Source: Marsupella aquatica (lineage: Eukaryota > Plantae > Marchantiophyta). From it: a stretch of 64,000 nt of DNA. The notes beneath the pieces are model-generated. The model did not search any database and was not told where the DNA came from. It saw only the letters and a program-made list of their open reading frames with translations. This document shows, piece after piece, positions 50,825 through 63,093 of the stretch. The number at the start of each line of letters is the position of its first letter. Positions within the stretch are counted from its first letter, which is position 1. Position numbers and translations under genes: made by a program. The stretch spans positions 3,938,211 to 4,002,210 of the forward strand of contig OZ316897.1 in NCBI GenBank assembly GCA_973895155.1. The letters run 5' to 3'.

Positions 50825-52996
50825 TGACCACGCTCCCCTAGCGCAGCACGCACAGAAATCCACAACACCTAATATTTCTCAAGGATGTTGCATCCCTCTC
50901 CTTCGAAAAGAAGTGCAACGAAAAACCTGACGATTGATTCCTCGCCTCCCGTAGATATTTCCAAGACCCGCAAAAGACGAATCAACGGTACCCCTGATGA
51001 AGGACTCTCCTCCTCACTCTCTCCCGATGATTGCCCCTCCTCCCCGCCTCTGCAGACCAGTAAAACTCTTCAGAGAACAATCTTCTCAGCACGAGATAGC
51101 CTCCTCTCGGGCCCTCACCTCGGACAGTTGGCAGCAACAAGACGCTTCTCGTCGTCGTCGTCTTCTCCGCTTCTGCTTCCCATTACACTAGTCTGTTGGT
51201 AATCTTCTCAAACGCTCTGCCTTTCTACTAGAACTGTAGCTCCGTGGGAGTTCCCTCGTCTGCCGATTAAATTACACGGGGAGAACGGGTCCAGCGACTT
51301 CACCAGCCCGGCCTTTGGTGGTATTGGCCCATTGGCTCTCGAGTCCCATGACGTTCGCCCACCCGCTTGAATGCCTCCCCTCCGTCCGTTTGTGTCTGGC
51401 CCGCGGAGTCATGAGTCGCACTGTTCACCTCCGCGGCGCTAGTCCGTTCTGTCCCTCCGTTCTGTCCCTCCGTTCAGATGTCCTGCTCCGCTGGGTCCTT
51501 CGGTTTCCCACCGCCCGATGCCGCTTGCCCCGCGCGCTTTCACTGCCGTCCGTCCGTCCCTCTTGTCCCTTGCGGGTGACGATGCCCCCGTAGGCCCGTA
51601 CCCTCGCCCCACTCCTGCCTCCCTCGCGGTCTGATAGAACCTGAGCCCTCACCCCCAGAATTCGCTTTTCCCAGTCGCTCCCGTCTGACATCGGTGCCCA
51701 TGTTTTCTCCGTCCGTTCCATCCGCGACTCGAGGTGGCCACCTTACACCTCAAATCTCTCCCGGAAGCTCGATTCCCGTGGTCGGATTCTTCTGCTGTAC
51801 ACTGCCTTGGGTTTCATGGTACTGTAATGTACAGGGCCGTAAGTCTGTACGTATGGGCGTGCGGGAATGATCGTGTGTCAAGGAAATGTAAATCATACGG
51901 ACCGGGGACGACAAAATGCATGGGTATGGGGTGCCTGGGCCGATGCGGATGGAAGGGATTAGCGGGCAAGTGTAGTTTTTACTTTGTGCCACATCTGCCT
52001 TTTGCAACGTGGTCGCCTCCCAAGCCCCTCTTGCTTTACACTTTCAACGTGTCATCCTCTGCTGGAATTCGTCGTTCCTGGCCGTATTAAGCGCTTGCAC
52101 CCTGCATGGAATAATTCTTACTGATGACGATATGGTGCATAAATTAAGTAGGTGGTGATGGCATACTTTTTCCTTTCCAAGCTTTACAGTTTACTCCTGA
52201 GTAACGCTGTTGCCGTTCTGCTCGACTCTCACCGAGAAACTAGTGGGCCCATTTCTTTGTAAGGACCAAACAAAGCACAATAGAGTAACAGGAAAATAGC
52301 TCCACAGAGGACACACAAAACGGAACAAACACCAAAGACGCGGGGAGATAAATGCACTCCACAGTAAACAATGATAGGTGCAAAACCCCAACAATGGTGT
52401 CATTTAGTGTGGTTCGCTAATGGCACACTTCAAGTGTAATAACGACGTTTGCCAGTGGGACGTGAACTTATTTATTAGGGCGTCTCAAAGCTGGCCCGTA
52501 ACCAAAAGTTATGGGCCAGCCAAGCAGCCCATAACGACACTTGCGGGCATCACTTATGGGACCGGATAATTAGCCGGTCCCTTGGTTTGACCCGCCCCTT
52601 AAGGAGCTACTTACGATGCCTTACCCGCTCAAAGTAGGAGTTAAGTATCCCTTCCCTCTCGGACAGTACTTGGCCGTAAGGCGCTGAAATGTGCCACGAC
52701 AGTCCTGAACCCAGGTGCTCCTCATAAGTGTCCCGTCATTTCCCAGCAAAGCTATCGCCATAGTTTCTGTTGTTCAAATTTCAAATGCACCTCTTCCCCA
52801 CCAAAGCGATTATCCGGAGCTTCATTTAGCTTCAACGTCGGGCTCCATGGCGATGGTCAATGTAGCTCTGTCTCCAGAACATATAGGTGAGACTCATCCA
52901 GATATCAGAGAAATTGTTATTCGATTGTACGTGCAGACCGCTAGAGAAGGTGTAGAGAAATCGACAGAAGCTGCTCCTCCCAATTCGTGTACAACC

Positions 52997-54428
52997 ATGG
53001 CACAATCAGGCAGCCAAGGTCATGTGAGAGCAAGGAGTTCATTCCAACCTCCACGGGCTAACTCCAGCAATGCCCCCTGTATAGGTGATAAATTCAGGCT
53101 GAAGAATCATGACTACGAATGCATCGTTTCATACTTGGAAAAATTTCCAAGCAATTACAGGTGGAGGAAGGAAGACTCGAGTGGGTGGAAAGTATCAAAG
53201 CAAGACAACACTCTTCAAATCCATGCTTGCTGCAATGCAACATCATGGCTTTCCTAAGGAGATCACTGCACCGAATTTGACAAAGAGATTCTAGAGGTAT
53301 GTGAGGCGGTACAAAGAGGCAAGAGAGGTGAAAATGCAATCAGGTGGAGGGCTGAATGAAGACAAGTTGGAAGCAGGGATTACATTGGAGAGCAAACTAA
53401 ACCGAGAACTAAACCGATTGTGCCCACACTTTGAAAGAATGCATGCAATCTTTGGGGAGCGACCGAATGTGGCACCACCAGTGGAAGGGGACTGTGGAGT
53501 TGAGGATTCCGACCTTGTCTTTCCTGACACCAATGCTGAATCAGATTCTGAGTCAGCATTTGGTAATGAGAATGCGGGTGAGAATGATAATCCCAATGTT
53601 TACCATGTCCCTTCCAACACTACCATCGTTCTTGAAGGTACTGGTCATTTACCTTATTGATTGTTGTACTTCAATTTCTTCAATTACAGAACAACAGAAT
53701 GTTCATTTGCTCACATTTGTCATTTCTCTCTGTTGTAGACACACCAATGCCAACACCTGGGCAATCAATCCATAATGCTCCTCAGGTGAGGCCAACACCA
53801 GAGACTTGCAAATGTAAACTATGGCAATTCTTTCTGGACCGAATTAGAGAAAATGGCACAAATTGGTAAGCATGTACATAACTGCACATGTGCAGCATGT
53901 ACAGAGTCTTGCCCAGTTGAAGTTGGTGAAAATCGACCAATGCAGGGTCCACCATGTACTCCAACTGAGTTCAACACCCCAGCCAAGTCTGTTTCAGAGG
54001 CCATGCCTCCTCCAACAGGGAAGAAGCCTGCAAAAACACCACTGGCTAGACAGAAGGATTTGCACAACACTTCCAAGACAAACTTTGTTGCCATATATGC
54101 AGACATGAACAACATGAAGGCAGACTAGCGAAAGGAATTAATTCAAAGTCGAGATCGATGGAAGACCCAAGAGCTAGCAGATCGGAGAGAGGTCAGGGTG
54201 GACGCTGCATTGCAGGCTGCAGCACAGAAGAAACTTGATCATAAGCACCAGTTTGCTATTGAAGCACAAGCTGCCAAAAATGCACGAAAGAGACTTCGAT
54301 CAGACCAAGAGCATGCACAGGAGATGGCACGGCAAGCACAAAGAGCTGCTCTTTTGACTACTCTACTCGGTAGTAACAAGACTCCTGCCAAAATAAAGGA
54401 GTTACTGCCCCTGGTGAAAGAGGACTAG
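52997..54428 (+). pseudogene. Harbinger Myb/SANT-like DNA-binding accessory protein, disrupted
   Basis: Reads YECIVSYLE/NFQAITGGG...NLTKRF*RYVRRYKEA...SGGG...KLNRLCPHFERMHAIFGERPNVAPP, then an acidic linker and a coiled-coil C-terminus. Lesions are a frameshift near 53140 and TAGs at 53292 and 54126. A GT-AG intron lies at 53638-53738. Confidence 0.7.
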
Positions 54429-54753
54429 TTTTGGTTCCAAGCAATTTAGACTTCCATTCATGTTGCATGTGTAGTAGGTGCCAAACTGTACAAGCATGAG
54501 TGTAAAAGACCAAAATCCATATTATTAATAAAGGTGGTACATGTTGTTATACATTCGTGGTCGAATGTCGCCCTCAATTTTCACTGTCAAATGCCTTGTA
54601 AACTATGGAATCTCAGAATTGCGACATAGCGACATCGCGACATCGTAGATACTTGAAATCTTGGAATGATGATATCATGACATCGCGACATGATTCATCT
54701 GCGACATTTGTACTGACAAAAAGTGAATTGAGAAACCTCTCCTCAAATGGCAA

Positions 54754-57076
54754 CTATGCGGATAACTTATTCTTTTGCACTATGGGATTAGGCTGAGGTG
54801 GTGGTTCTCTCGTAATGGAATTACGAGACACAGCTTCCAAAATTGCTTCCCTCACATCAGTATGATGTGTTGAAAAAGGGAGAGACTTCAACTTAACTCC
54901 ATAACTAATCAACGGCAAATGTCGACGTACGAACATGTACTAAACCCGAGTGGCCTCCATAGCAGCTCCTATGACATCCCAATTTGTGAAACTAGTATAG
55001 TAAACTTTCGGAAATCTCTTCAAGTATGCATCTGTATCAACCAAGTCCAGCTCCATGCCATGAAACATTGCCATAGTTCTAGTGAAAAAATTGATGTAAC
55101 TTCTTATCTATGTCGTGGAGATGTCATCCCACTTCTGCTGACACACATGCCGAGGGGTGAAGGGCACAATGGTGTTCACAGGATCCCTTGGGAGATGCCC
55201 AACTGGATTTGTCCTATTCATCTGATTCAAGAAGTTCATCATGAACCTCAAAGAATATATACAGGCAAGTTCCCAAAGAAAGAGCAAAGGCGCTCATTGT
55301 CCTCCACTTGTAGGTCCCCGTACAAGACCATCACTGCTAGTGTGGGTCAGAAATGTTCATCTTCTTGCCAGAACTCATCAAATTGAGCTAACTCAATCTG
55401 AAAAGGTGCCAGTACTGGGAGGTTGAATATGAATTGACATTCACCTTTCTTCAACTTGTAAAACCTTCAGAACTCATTGATTGGGCTATTCATAGTCGAC
55501 ACCAGCGCACATAAATTTGCAAATCTCTTCAGTTGTTGTACTGGAGTCACCGATTCCACTCGAATGGTTGGTGTGAAGGTTGTTTGTGTAGCTTCATCCA
55601 CCATTTCCCTAAACTGCTTCCTCTGCATTGGGGGCTTAGCTGGAATTGAACTAAAATCAAATTTTAACAGAGCCACAGTATTGGGTTCTTGCCCAATGGG
55701 GACCTGTGTAACAGGGAGCTGCACAATTGGCTCCAACACAGGCTCCATCACATCCGTGTCAGTTGCAACAGGCAATGTGGGAGGACTATTTCCAATAGGT
55801 GAATAGTCAAACATAGGACTGAATCCCTCACTCAAATCCTCAGCTCCTTCCCTATGAGCATCGCTAATGATGGTCCTGGGCTGTGCAATGGAGTTTGAGC
55901 TTTTGAAGGAGGAAGTAAATCAAACAGCATATCCAAAATTTTCTCCCGTGGACAACTAAGAATGTACATGGCCTGTTGCACAATGTCGGTATTAATCCTA
56001 GCCTCACATGCCTCATTGGCACTCATTGGAGTCCCTCCCAGGCCACATGGAGAGGCATCTGGTATCTGTAAATCTCGGCCTTCGAAGTCATCAGTGTCTG
56101 CCTCTGCATCGTAGTGGCCTCCAATGCTCATATTGTCATTGTCCACATTCTGTTCAACGTCCATTGGGTGCAGACCATTGTCAGCCTCCACTTCAAGTCC
56201 AGCTACATCGCTGTCGGATTCTGCATGACTGTCGGGTTCTGCATCGCTCTCGTGTTCTGCATTGCTCTCAGGTTCTGCATCGCTCTCGGGTTCTGCATCG
56301 CTCTCGGGTTTTGCATCGCTCAGGAGTTCTGCATTGCTCTTGGGTTCTGCATCACTCTCGGGTTCTGAATCGCTGTCAGATTGTGATTGCCAATTGTCTG
56401 GCACCTGAATCCCGATGTGCTCTATTAACTGCTTCCTCACCCGTTTCTCAGAATCCAATAAGCAGTTCCCGTACCAATACAATTGTGCTAGGTAGTTTTG
56501 CAAGTATGTTGGTTTCCCCAAGGCCAGATGCTTCAGCTGATCAAAAATTACATTCCTAAGCAACAGAGCCCAATTTATGGTGCTCATCCCCTTCCAAGCT
56601 GCTATTATAGTATTTGCCAGGCTGACAGGTGCCATAGACAACTTCCTTGGATGGAAAATTGGGACTAGAAATTGCATCAGAAGGCGGCAGTCGTGGTCGA
56701 TGCATTGGTTGACCTTCCAACCACAACTCGTTTTCCTTCCCCCACCAAAATACGAGTCAGACAAGGTATTGTGTTTAGAGTAAAGGCCTTCACCTTCCCA
56801 AGGGCATTGAAAAGCATCAGCTACGAAGTGGAGACTCCATTCCTGTGGTTTGCCTCTAACACCGTCGGTCGCATGGGACCTCCTCGGCCTTGGAACTAAC
56901 ATTTCGTCAACGTAAGAGATAGATAGCACGCCCCAAGGAATGAACATCAATGTCGTCAATTTCATTTTCCCCAACATTCCATGCAACTTCTTCACATCCT
57001 GTAGCGACGTTGGGAGCTCCGCCAAAACCTTTTTAGGTACTGCAACGACGTTCGGCTCCTCATGCACAGTCACCAT
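54754..57076 (-). pseudogene. Additional Harbinger-borne gene of unknown function (TE-associated domain, acidic 6-aa repeat, C-terminal domain), disrupted
   Basis: ORF 55832-57076 (414 aa) continues by frameshift into 55467-55835. It then runs through isolated TGA/TAG stops and one more shift down to 54754 (manual translation). Confidence 0.6.
56214..56375. repeat. 18-bp coding minisatellite, 9 copies (SDAEPE-like)
   Basis: Variants of TCGGGTTCTGCATCGCTC occur 9 times. Confidence 0.9.
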
Positions 57077-57538
57077 TGCGGCTTAAAAAAAAGTCAATTC
57101 TCAATGTTGGGCAGCTGCGCATTGCGGTATGAAGGCATTTCAATACCACATTTGGCTGTGCGGAGGTTTAAGCAAAACGTGCCCAAAGTTCAAAGCAAGG
57201 TTTAGGGTATCGGGTACGTATGCGCGTTGGTGGGAAATATACCTTATGAAATAAACACTTGTCGTACAATACTGTTAATTGAGTTGGTATACCGCCACTC
57301 AATATTGAAAATGAGCCTCTCTGTATCACTGCACAGGCCAATATGAAAATGCAAATGTACGTGCCTAATAACAATGAAATAAAATGTGAGACAGTGGGGA
57401 AGGTGAAAAACAAATACCGGAATGGGTATTAGAAGAAACATTTCATAGAATTATCTTTGGTTCCTCCCACATCCATAATTATTAGTAGGAGGCTGCCACA
57501 ATTAATTTAAATACACTAGTTTTAGTGTTCTCAGCGAA

Positions 57539-59140
57539 TTAACGCATTGTATCTGATACTCGATGGAGGCATCCTCCTGGCTGTCTATGGAAATGTAATG
57601 CATGCGTCATGACAGTTGATTGCAATCCGAGTCTACGCCGTGCTGCAGCTGCACTACTGCGATTGTTCCGGTAATGAAGCAAGTTCGGTGCATCATTATC
57701 AGAATCATTTTGTTCCTCCACTTCTAACTCCCCATCTTCATCTGTCCACAAATCATTTCTGCTAATAACAAAATTGTGTAATTTTGCACACATTAGTATC
57801 CAACGTACGAGCCACACACAATCTTTGTTCTCCTTCAGTTGAATCTGCATTTCCTTCAACGAATGCCAACGTGACTTCAGTACCCCAATGCAATGCTCAT
57901 TTGTTACCCTGGCAGTTGCAACACACATGTTGAATTCCTCCTTCTCCTGGCTGCTCTCAGACCATTTGTAGGAGCAAACCAAATGCTCCATTATCTGGTA
58001 TCCGCTGTCTCCAAGCAAGTACTGAGTTCTTCCAAAAAGGTGTCCATCATTTTGTTTGCGGTAGAGTGCTGATCTTTTATAACAAGTGAGATCTGAACAA
58101 GATCCAGGCATACCTGCATGATGCAAGTAGAGTGCAATCAGTGATCATCACATGAAGGTCTTTTCACATCCAACTTTATGATATTGCGACATGGCAAAAT
58201 CATGTTATCGCGACATCGCGACATCATAGCGAAGAACATGCTTCATTATTATCCTTCTTGATAGTTTGGTAGTCAGACACGACGACATCACAAAAGAAAG
58301 GAGAAGGACATGCTTACCAGTGTACATGTATAGGATCTTGCGTCTGTGATCACAAACAACTTGGGCATTTAGCGAGTACCTTGACTTCCTGTCAAAATAA
58401 CATTCTCCACCAGTTTTGGGTCTTTGAGACAAAGGGATTAACGTTCCATCTATCAGCCCAACGCAGCCAGGAAATCCTCTTTTGATAAACTCGTCTGAAA
58501 TCCTTTGACGCTCTGCTCTCTTAGGCCATTTCAAGTATTCCTTCAGGGCACACTCTAAAGCGGTCATTGAGCGGGTTGTGAAATTGCAAAGTGTCCCATT
58601 ACTTACTCCCCATGTAGGAATGAGACGGGAAAGGCATGCACTATTACCATCATGACCTAGCCGATCAAGAGCCACTGCAAGCTGCCAAGCAACAAGTGCC
58701 TGTGGATTGTTTGATTCGCTTTGAAAAATGGGGTGCTCCTCAATGAGGTCAACAAGTGCATAGAACGATTCCCTGTCCATTCGAGTCATTTGCCGAAACT
58801 CACGAGGAAGCATACAATCAAAAAATTGGGTTACATATTCTTTTGACTTGTTGAAGAAGATTCTATCATTCAAAAATCTAGTGTTGTCCATGACAGCATA
58901 CAATTCAAACAACTCTTCAGGATTCCCCTCCAATTCTAACATGTCCCCACAATCATCAGAATCATCAGAAGAGTCCAGGTCTATATTTGAATCTGAATCA
59001 GTGAGCTGTACATTATCGCTGCTCATACAATCAGCACTTGAGTAAATTCCATCATCATCAGAGCTTTCAAGTGCAATGTTCAGCTTCAGTGTTTCCCTCA
59101 CAGCAGTGAGAGCCTTCTGACGTTCCGATATTCGAGGCAT
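57539..59140 (-). CDS. Harbinger/HARBI1-type DDE transposase, 465 aa, 2 exons (59140-58318, 58113-57539), apparently intact
   Basis: Motifs FRQMTRMDRESFYAL, QLAVALDRLG, FPGCVGLIDGTLI, YSLNAQVVCD, G|MPGSCSD, YLLGDSGY and FN...ARVTNEHCIGVLKSRW. A GT-AG intron at 58317-58114 keeps the frame. Confidence 0.93.
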
Positions 59141-59330
59141 GATGGCACTGAACAGAATTACAACATCATCAGGAACCAAAACAAGTGTGGAGACCACTCA
59201 CAATATTGCTAAAAGGGTTGTGCATCCATAATCTTCTTTGGTCAGAATTGTGCTCAAATAAAATCATCAGAAACCATGGCCATTGCCTATTGAAAGATTG
59301 GATTACAATACAGAACCAAAATTGTTTGGC

Positions 59331-59978
59331 TCACTCATCATCACTATCTAGATTATGGAATTTCAAAGTCCTCACTAAATCATCTAATACTTCTGTGATC
59401 TGCTTGGCTGTTTTTTTCCCCTTCTGTGATGACGTGCTGGCCTTCCTGGGGGAGACAGCAGATAGTCGGTGTGTAGGATAGTGAGGAGAAGGGGGAATAG
59501 ATTGGAGCACTGTGTCCACAAAGGACATGTGCAAGACCTTCACCGCATATTCATTTACAGATAGAGTGATTTCCACTCGATGCAATTTTTGGGTGACACC
59601 AAGGACAGTGCGTGTCTGCTCCAACTCACTTAACAGTGCAAGGTCATGTGGAGTGGAATCCAACATGGTGGAGGCTACTTCCCATATCTGTGGACACATA
59701 GGGGTAACTGGCGCATGTATTGCATCGCAAAGAACTACATGGAATCGAAAGGTAGGCTTTCCAGGGAGACTGTGGTTACATTTGGGCCCAAACTCGAGGG
59801 ACTTCAGGCACAGTTGCCCGGATGTGAACCTGTGAGGACACGCAGAATATACAAATTTCCTAGGATGGGGATTTGGGGCCTCAAAGTTCACTAGCCATGC
59901 CAGAGCAGGAGAGAAATTTCTACACTCTCCAGCTGATCTACTTTCATCCACTTCAGCGAGAGACGTCCACCCAACCAT
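59331..59978 (-). CDS. Putative RPA70 C-terminal-like zinc-ribbon OB-fold protein, 215 aa
   Basis: FVYSACP-x8-CLKSL-x5-CNH-x6-TFRFHVVLCD resembles the RPA1 DBD-C pattern F.Y.ACP..C.KK....C..C.....RY.L...I.D. The start context is ACCATGG, and a plausible GT-AG leader intron lies at 60110-59987. Confidence 0.6.
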   Translation of the reverse strand: MVGWTSLAEVDESRSAGECRNFSPALAWLVNFEAPNPHPRKFVYSACPHRFTSGQLCLKSLEFGPKCNHSLPGKPTFRFHVVLCDAIHAPVTPMCPQIWEVASTMLDSTPHDLALLSELEQTRTVLGVTQKLHRVEITLSVNEYAVKVLHMSFVDTVLQSIPPSPHYPTHRLSAVSPRKASTSSQKGKKTAKQITEVLDDLVRTLKFHNLDSDDE

Positions 59979-62615
59979 GGTCGCTTCTACAATTCATTCC
60001 GGGATGAGGCACTATGTCATACACAATATGTAGAACCTCGTGGCACTTTCATGAAACTAAATCACAAACTTGTCCATCCTAGATCATGGGTGAATGCTGA
60101 GAGTACGTACCTAGCTGAGTTTGCACTGATCGTTTGATGTTGAACTCGTCCCGGTACGCGATCTCGATTTCTCTACAAAACCACCACCAAAATTCAGGGA
60201 GCACAGTCACAGCATGCGAGGGAGAGTAATAATTACTTGATTATTCATGTTACGCACCAAAGAATTGAAGGTCTATCGCTATGGTGAACTTACATGATAC
60301 CTGAGGGCCTGGGGAGACCTTCATTCACGACCTTGTTGGGAGACTTCGTTTCTCGTAATGGATGACGGGGACAATTCTGAAGGTGTGGCTTTTGGTGCGT
60401 CATGTTCAAACTGTACTGCGACAAAAGAGGTGTACAGTATTGGCGCCCACGTTAAGGGACATGTGTTAAAGTTAAGTGTTAATGCTACTGCCCGGGGCCA
60501 ATACTTACGGGACCCGATTTGGGGCTCCCGTAATAGTTACGGCCAGACCCGTAACTACTTCATTACGGGTGGACGTTAACAAGCTACGGGCCAGCTTTGA
60601 GATGCCCTATTAGTTGGCTTTCTTATTAGTTGGCTTTCATGGGGTTTCACTTTATTGGATCTCTCCTGCTAGTGTAATTTTTTAAGGTTGTTTCTTTTTG
60701 TCCAGTGTGGCGAGTCATCACCTTCTGTAAACGAAAAGATGCTAGGTATACTCATATCACTTTCCTATTTTCTGACCATCCGATCTTTGTGGATTAAGTA
60801 TTGCCATTTGATTCTGGCTAACTGGGTCTGTGGTAGGTGAGAAATTGGGTAATGGAAGACAGAAATCCTAGCGAATTAGTGCCACTGAGAAAAAAGTTAT
60901 CTCCTGCCCTTGGGATATTTTTCCTGTAGTTTGACCCTTTTTTGGTTCTTTGGCAGACACTCTGCTATACATCTTCAGTCTTTTTTCTTGTACTGGGAAT
61001 GTTTATATCTTACAAGGGAGATAGAAGAGCACATCGCCCAGGAGCAAATAAGTGTCTCAATAAAACATTGAGAACTCCCCAAAAAGTATGGAGGATGTGC
61101 CAACATAGAAGGACCACATAGATCCAGAACGCACTAAAACCAAACGGTCACACAGATGAGAGCGAAGCCCAGGAACTGGTGGAGTCGCTGCTTAAGATTT
61201 TGATTTCTGATATTTTGTAGGAATTTCTAGAAGCAACCAGGGGAGAGGGAAAGACCTAGACCAGCCTACTTTTTAAATGCAAACTTTTGCCAAAGTCCTC
61301 CCTTCTAAAAAGTATTGGCCACTTTTGGTGGGAGTTAGCCAAGGCATTCTTCTTGGATTGGCCAGTTTGCACCTAGCTATAGACCACAATAGTTAGAATC
61401 TGGAGGTTATCCAAATTTAGGGAAGTCCAACTATCAGAAATATACATATCACAGAGCTAAAATACAAAAAAGCCAAATGGGGAGACAGAGTCCCAAAGGC
61501 AAAGCAACCCAGTAAAGGGAGGGAAAAGGAAAGGGCAAAGGCCCCAAAACGACCAAAGTACAACAAGCCAAGGAGTCCCCCACGACAACCAACTAATTAA
61601 CTAACCTATGAACAGCCCGATAAGGAATAAACTCAGCACCTTCTCCTTTACACAAGGTGACATTTCCTGGCAAAAAAGAAAAACCCTTAAAATCGCATTG
61701 CTCATAATAAATGAGTTTTTGAGGGACTTTTGCTTGAATTCTATTGTGGGGGATTCTCCTCTTCCATTTTCACTCCTCCATTCTGAGCTATTTTCTCAGA
61801 TTGAGGTTGTAGTTTTCCTCAGATTGAGGTTGTAAACCTGCAAAGGTCAACAAGTTCAAGAAGTTTGGGGTGTTGCTACAGCCTACTGAGTGTATCCACA
61901 TGGAGGGTAAGCATTTTATGAGAGCTCTTGGTGAGTGGAGGTTTAGGATCAATGCTTCCAATGAATGACCTGGAATATATGTTGACTAGCCTGACTGCCC
62001 AAACTTTGCTAAGACCCTATATTGGTGAGGGAGGAGACCCACTAAAGGGGGAGAAAAGAAGGGAGAAACCTGAAGCAGACAAACTAGCCAGAATAACCCA
62101 AGACACCCCACAACTACAAACTGAATCCCTAAGGAGGAGCAAACTGAAAAGGCTGGTAAAACTCCTGTAGTACGAGCAAACTTGCATGTGGGTGGCCAGT
62201 AGGTTTCTGGCTATGAACTTCACACATGACAGGAAAGTATTCACTCAGAATGTTGTGGAGAAACCCCTTGGTCGATCAGGCAGGGTTTATCACATACAAA
62301 GTAGAGAACCAAAGGCAAGAGCTGGAAACATTCAGGCCTCATGAGATCCTGCACTATGAAATGAGAAAAAACAAACATCTGCAGGTTCACACAAAGGGAC
62401 AAGAGAACATAGAGATTCTTGCAGGCTTCACAAGTAGTATTGGAGGAGAGTTTGAGGAACTTCTAAATCTATTTCTTGCGGACAGTTTTGGGATTATGAA
62501 AGGAGCCAATTTGAGGGCTGCATAAATGCAAGTTGGCGTTAACCACAATAGTAGTGTCTACATACCTCTGGACCCTAAAACCAACAGCCTGTTGGCCCTA
62601 AGAACAACAGTGAAC

Positions 62616-63093
62616 CCTGAGCCCTCTAGAGTGCTCCACACACCCACTTTCATTTCATGCTAATAATAATACTCCTGAGCCCTCTATAGTGCTCCACACA
62701 CCCAGTTACATTTCATGCTACTAATAATACTTTGTCATACCTGCCAAACTATCAGGCTATAGCTGTCTTGTTCAAAAAGTATACGTGAGCCTCATAATGC
62801 TACAGACACCCACCATCTTTTGATGCTAATAATAATACTTTGTCATACCTGCCATACTATCAGACTGTAGCTGTCTTGTTCAAAAAAGTATACATGAGCC
62901 TCTATAATGCTAGAGACACCTACCATCTTTCGATGCTAATAATAATACTTTGTCATACCTGCCAAACTATCATCCTGTAGCTGTCTTGTCGATGGAGTAA
63001 AACATGCAAACTATCAGACTTTAGCTGTCTTGTTGAAAGAGTAACAACATGCAAGTTATCACCCTATAGATGTCTTGTTGACAGAGTAACAAC
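62616..63093. repeat. Compound tandem repeat (58-bp, ~108-bp and ~45-bp units sharing sub-motifs)
   Basis: GAGCC.CT.TA.TGCT..A.ACACC, ATGCTAATAATAATACT, TTGTCATACCTGCCA.ACTATCA and TAGCTGTCTTGT recur. Confidence 0.85.

Larger units (their letters stand above)
52477..60608. mobile_element. Full-length PIF/Harbinger DNA transposon (8132 bp) with four genes
   Basis: 24-bp TIRs AGGGCGTCTCAAAGCTGGCCCGTA / TACGGGCCAGCTTTGAGATGCCCT (1 mismatch) are flanked by ATT on both sides. Subterminal CCCGTAA/TTACGGG repeats, a HARBI1-type transposase and a Myb-like ORF lie inside. Confidence 0.92.

Noticed and set aside
61440-62525. Possible LINE 3' remnant (similar impression at 14230-14520)
   Set aside because: The impression rests on composition only, with no RT or endonuclease motifs readable.
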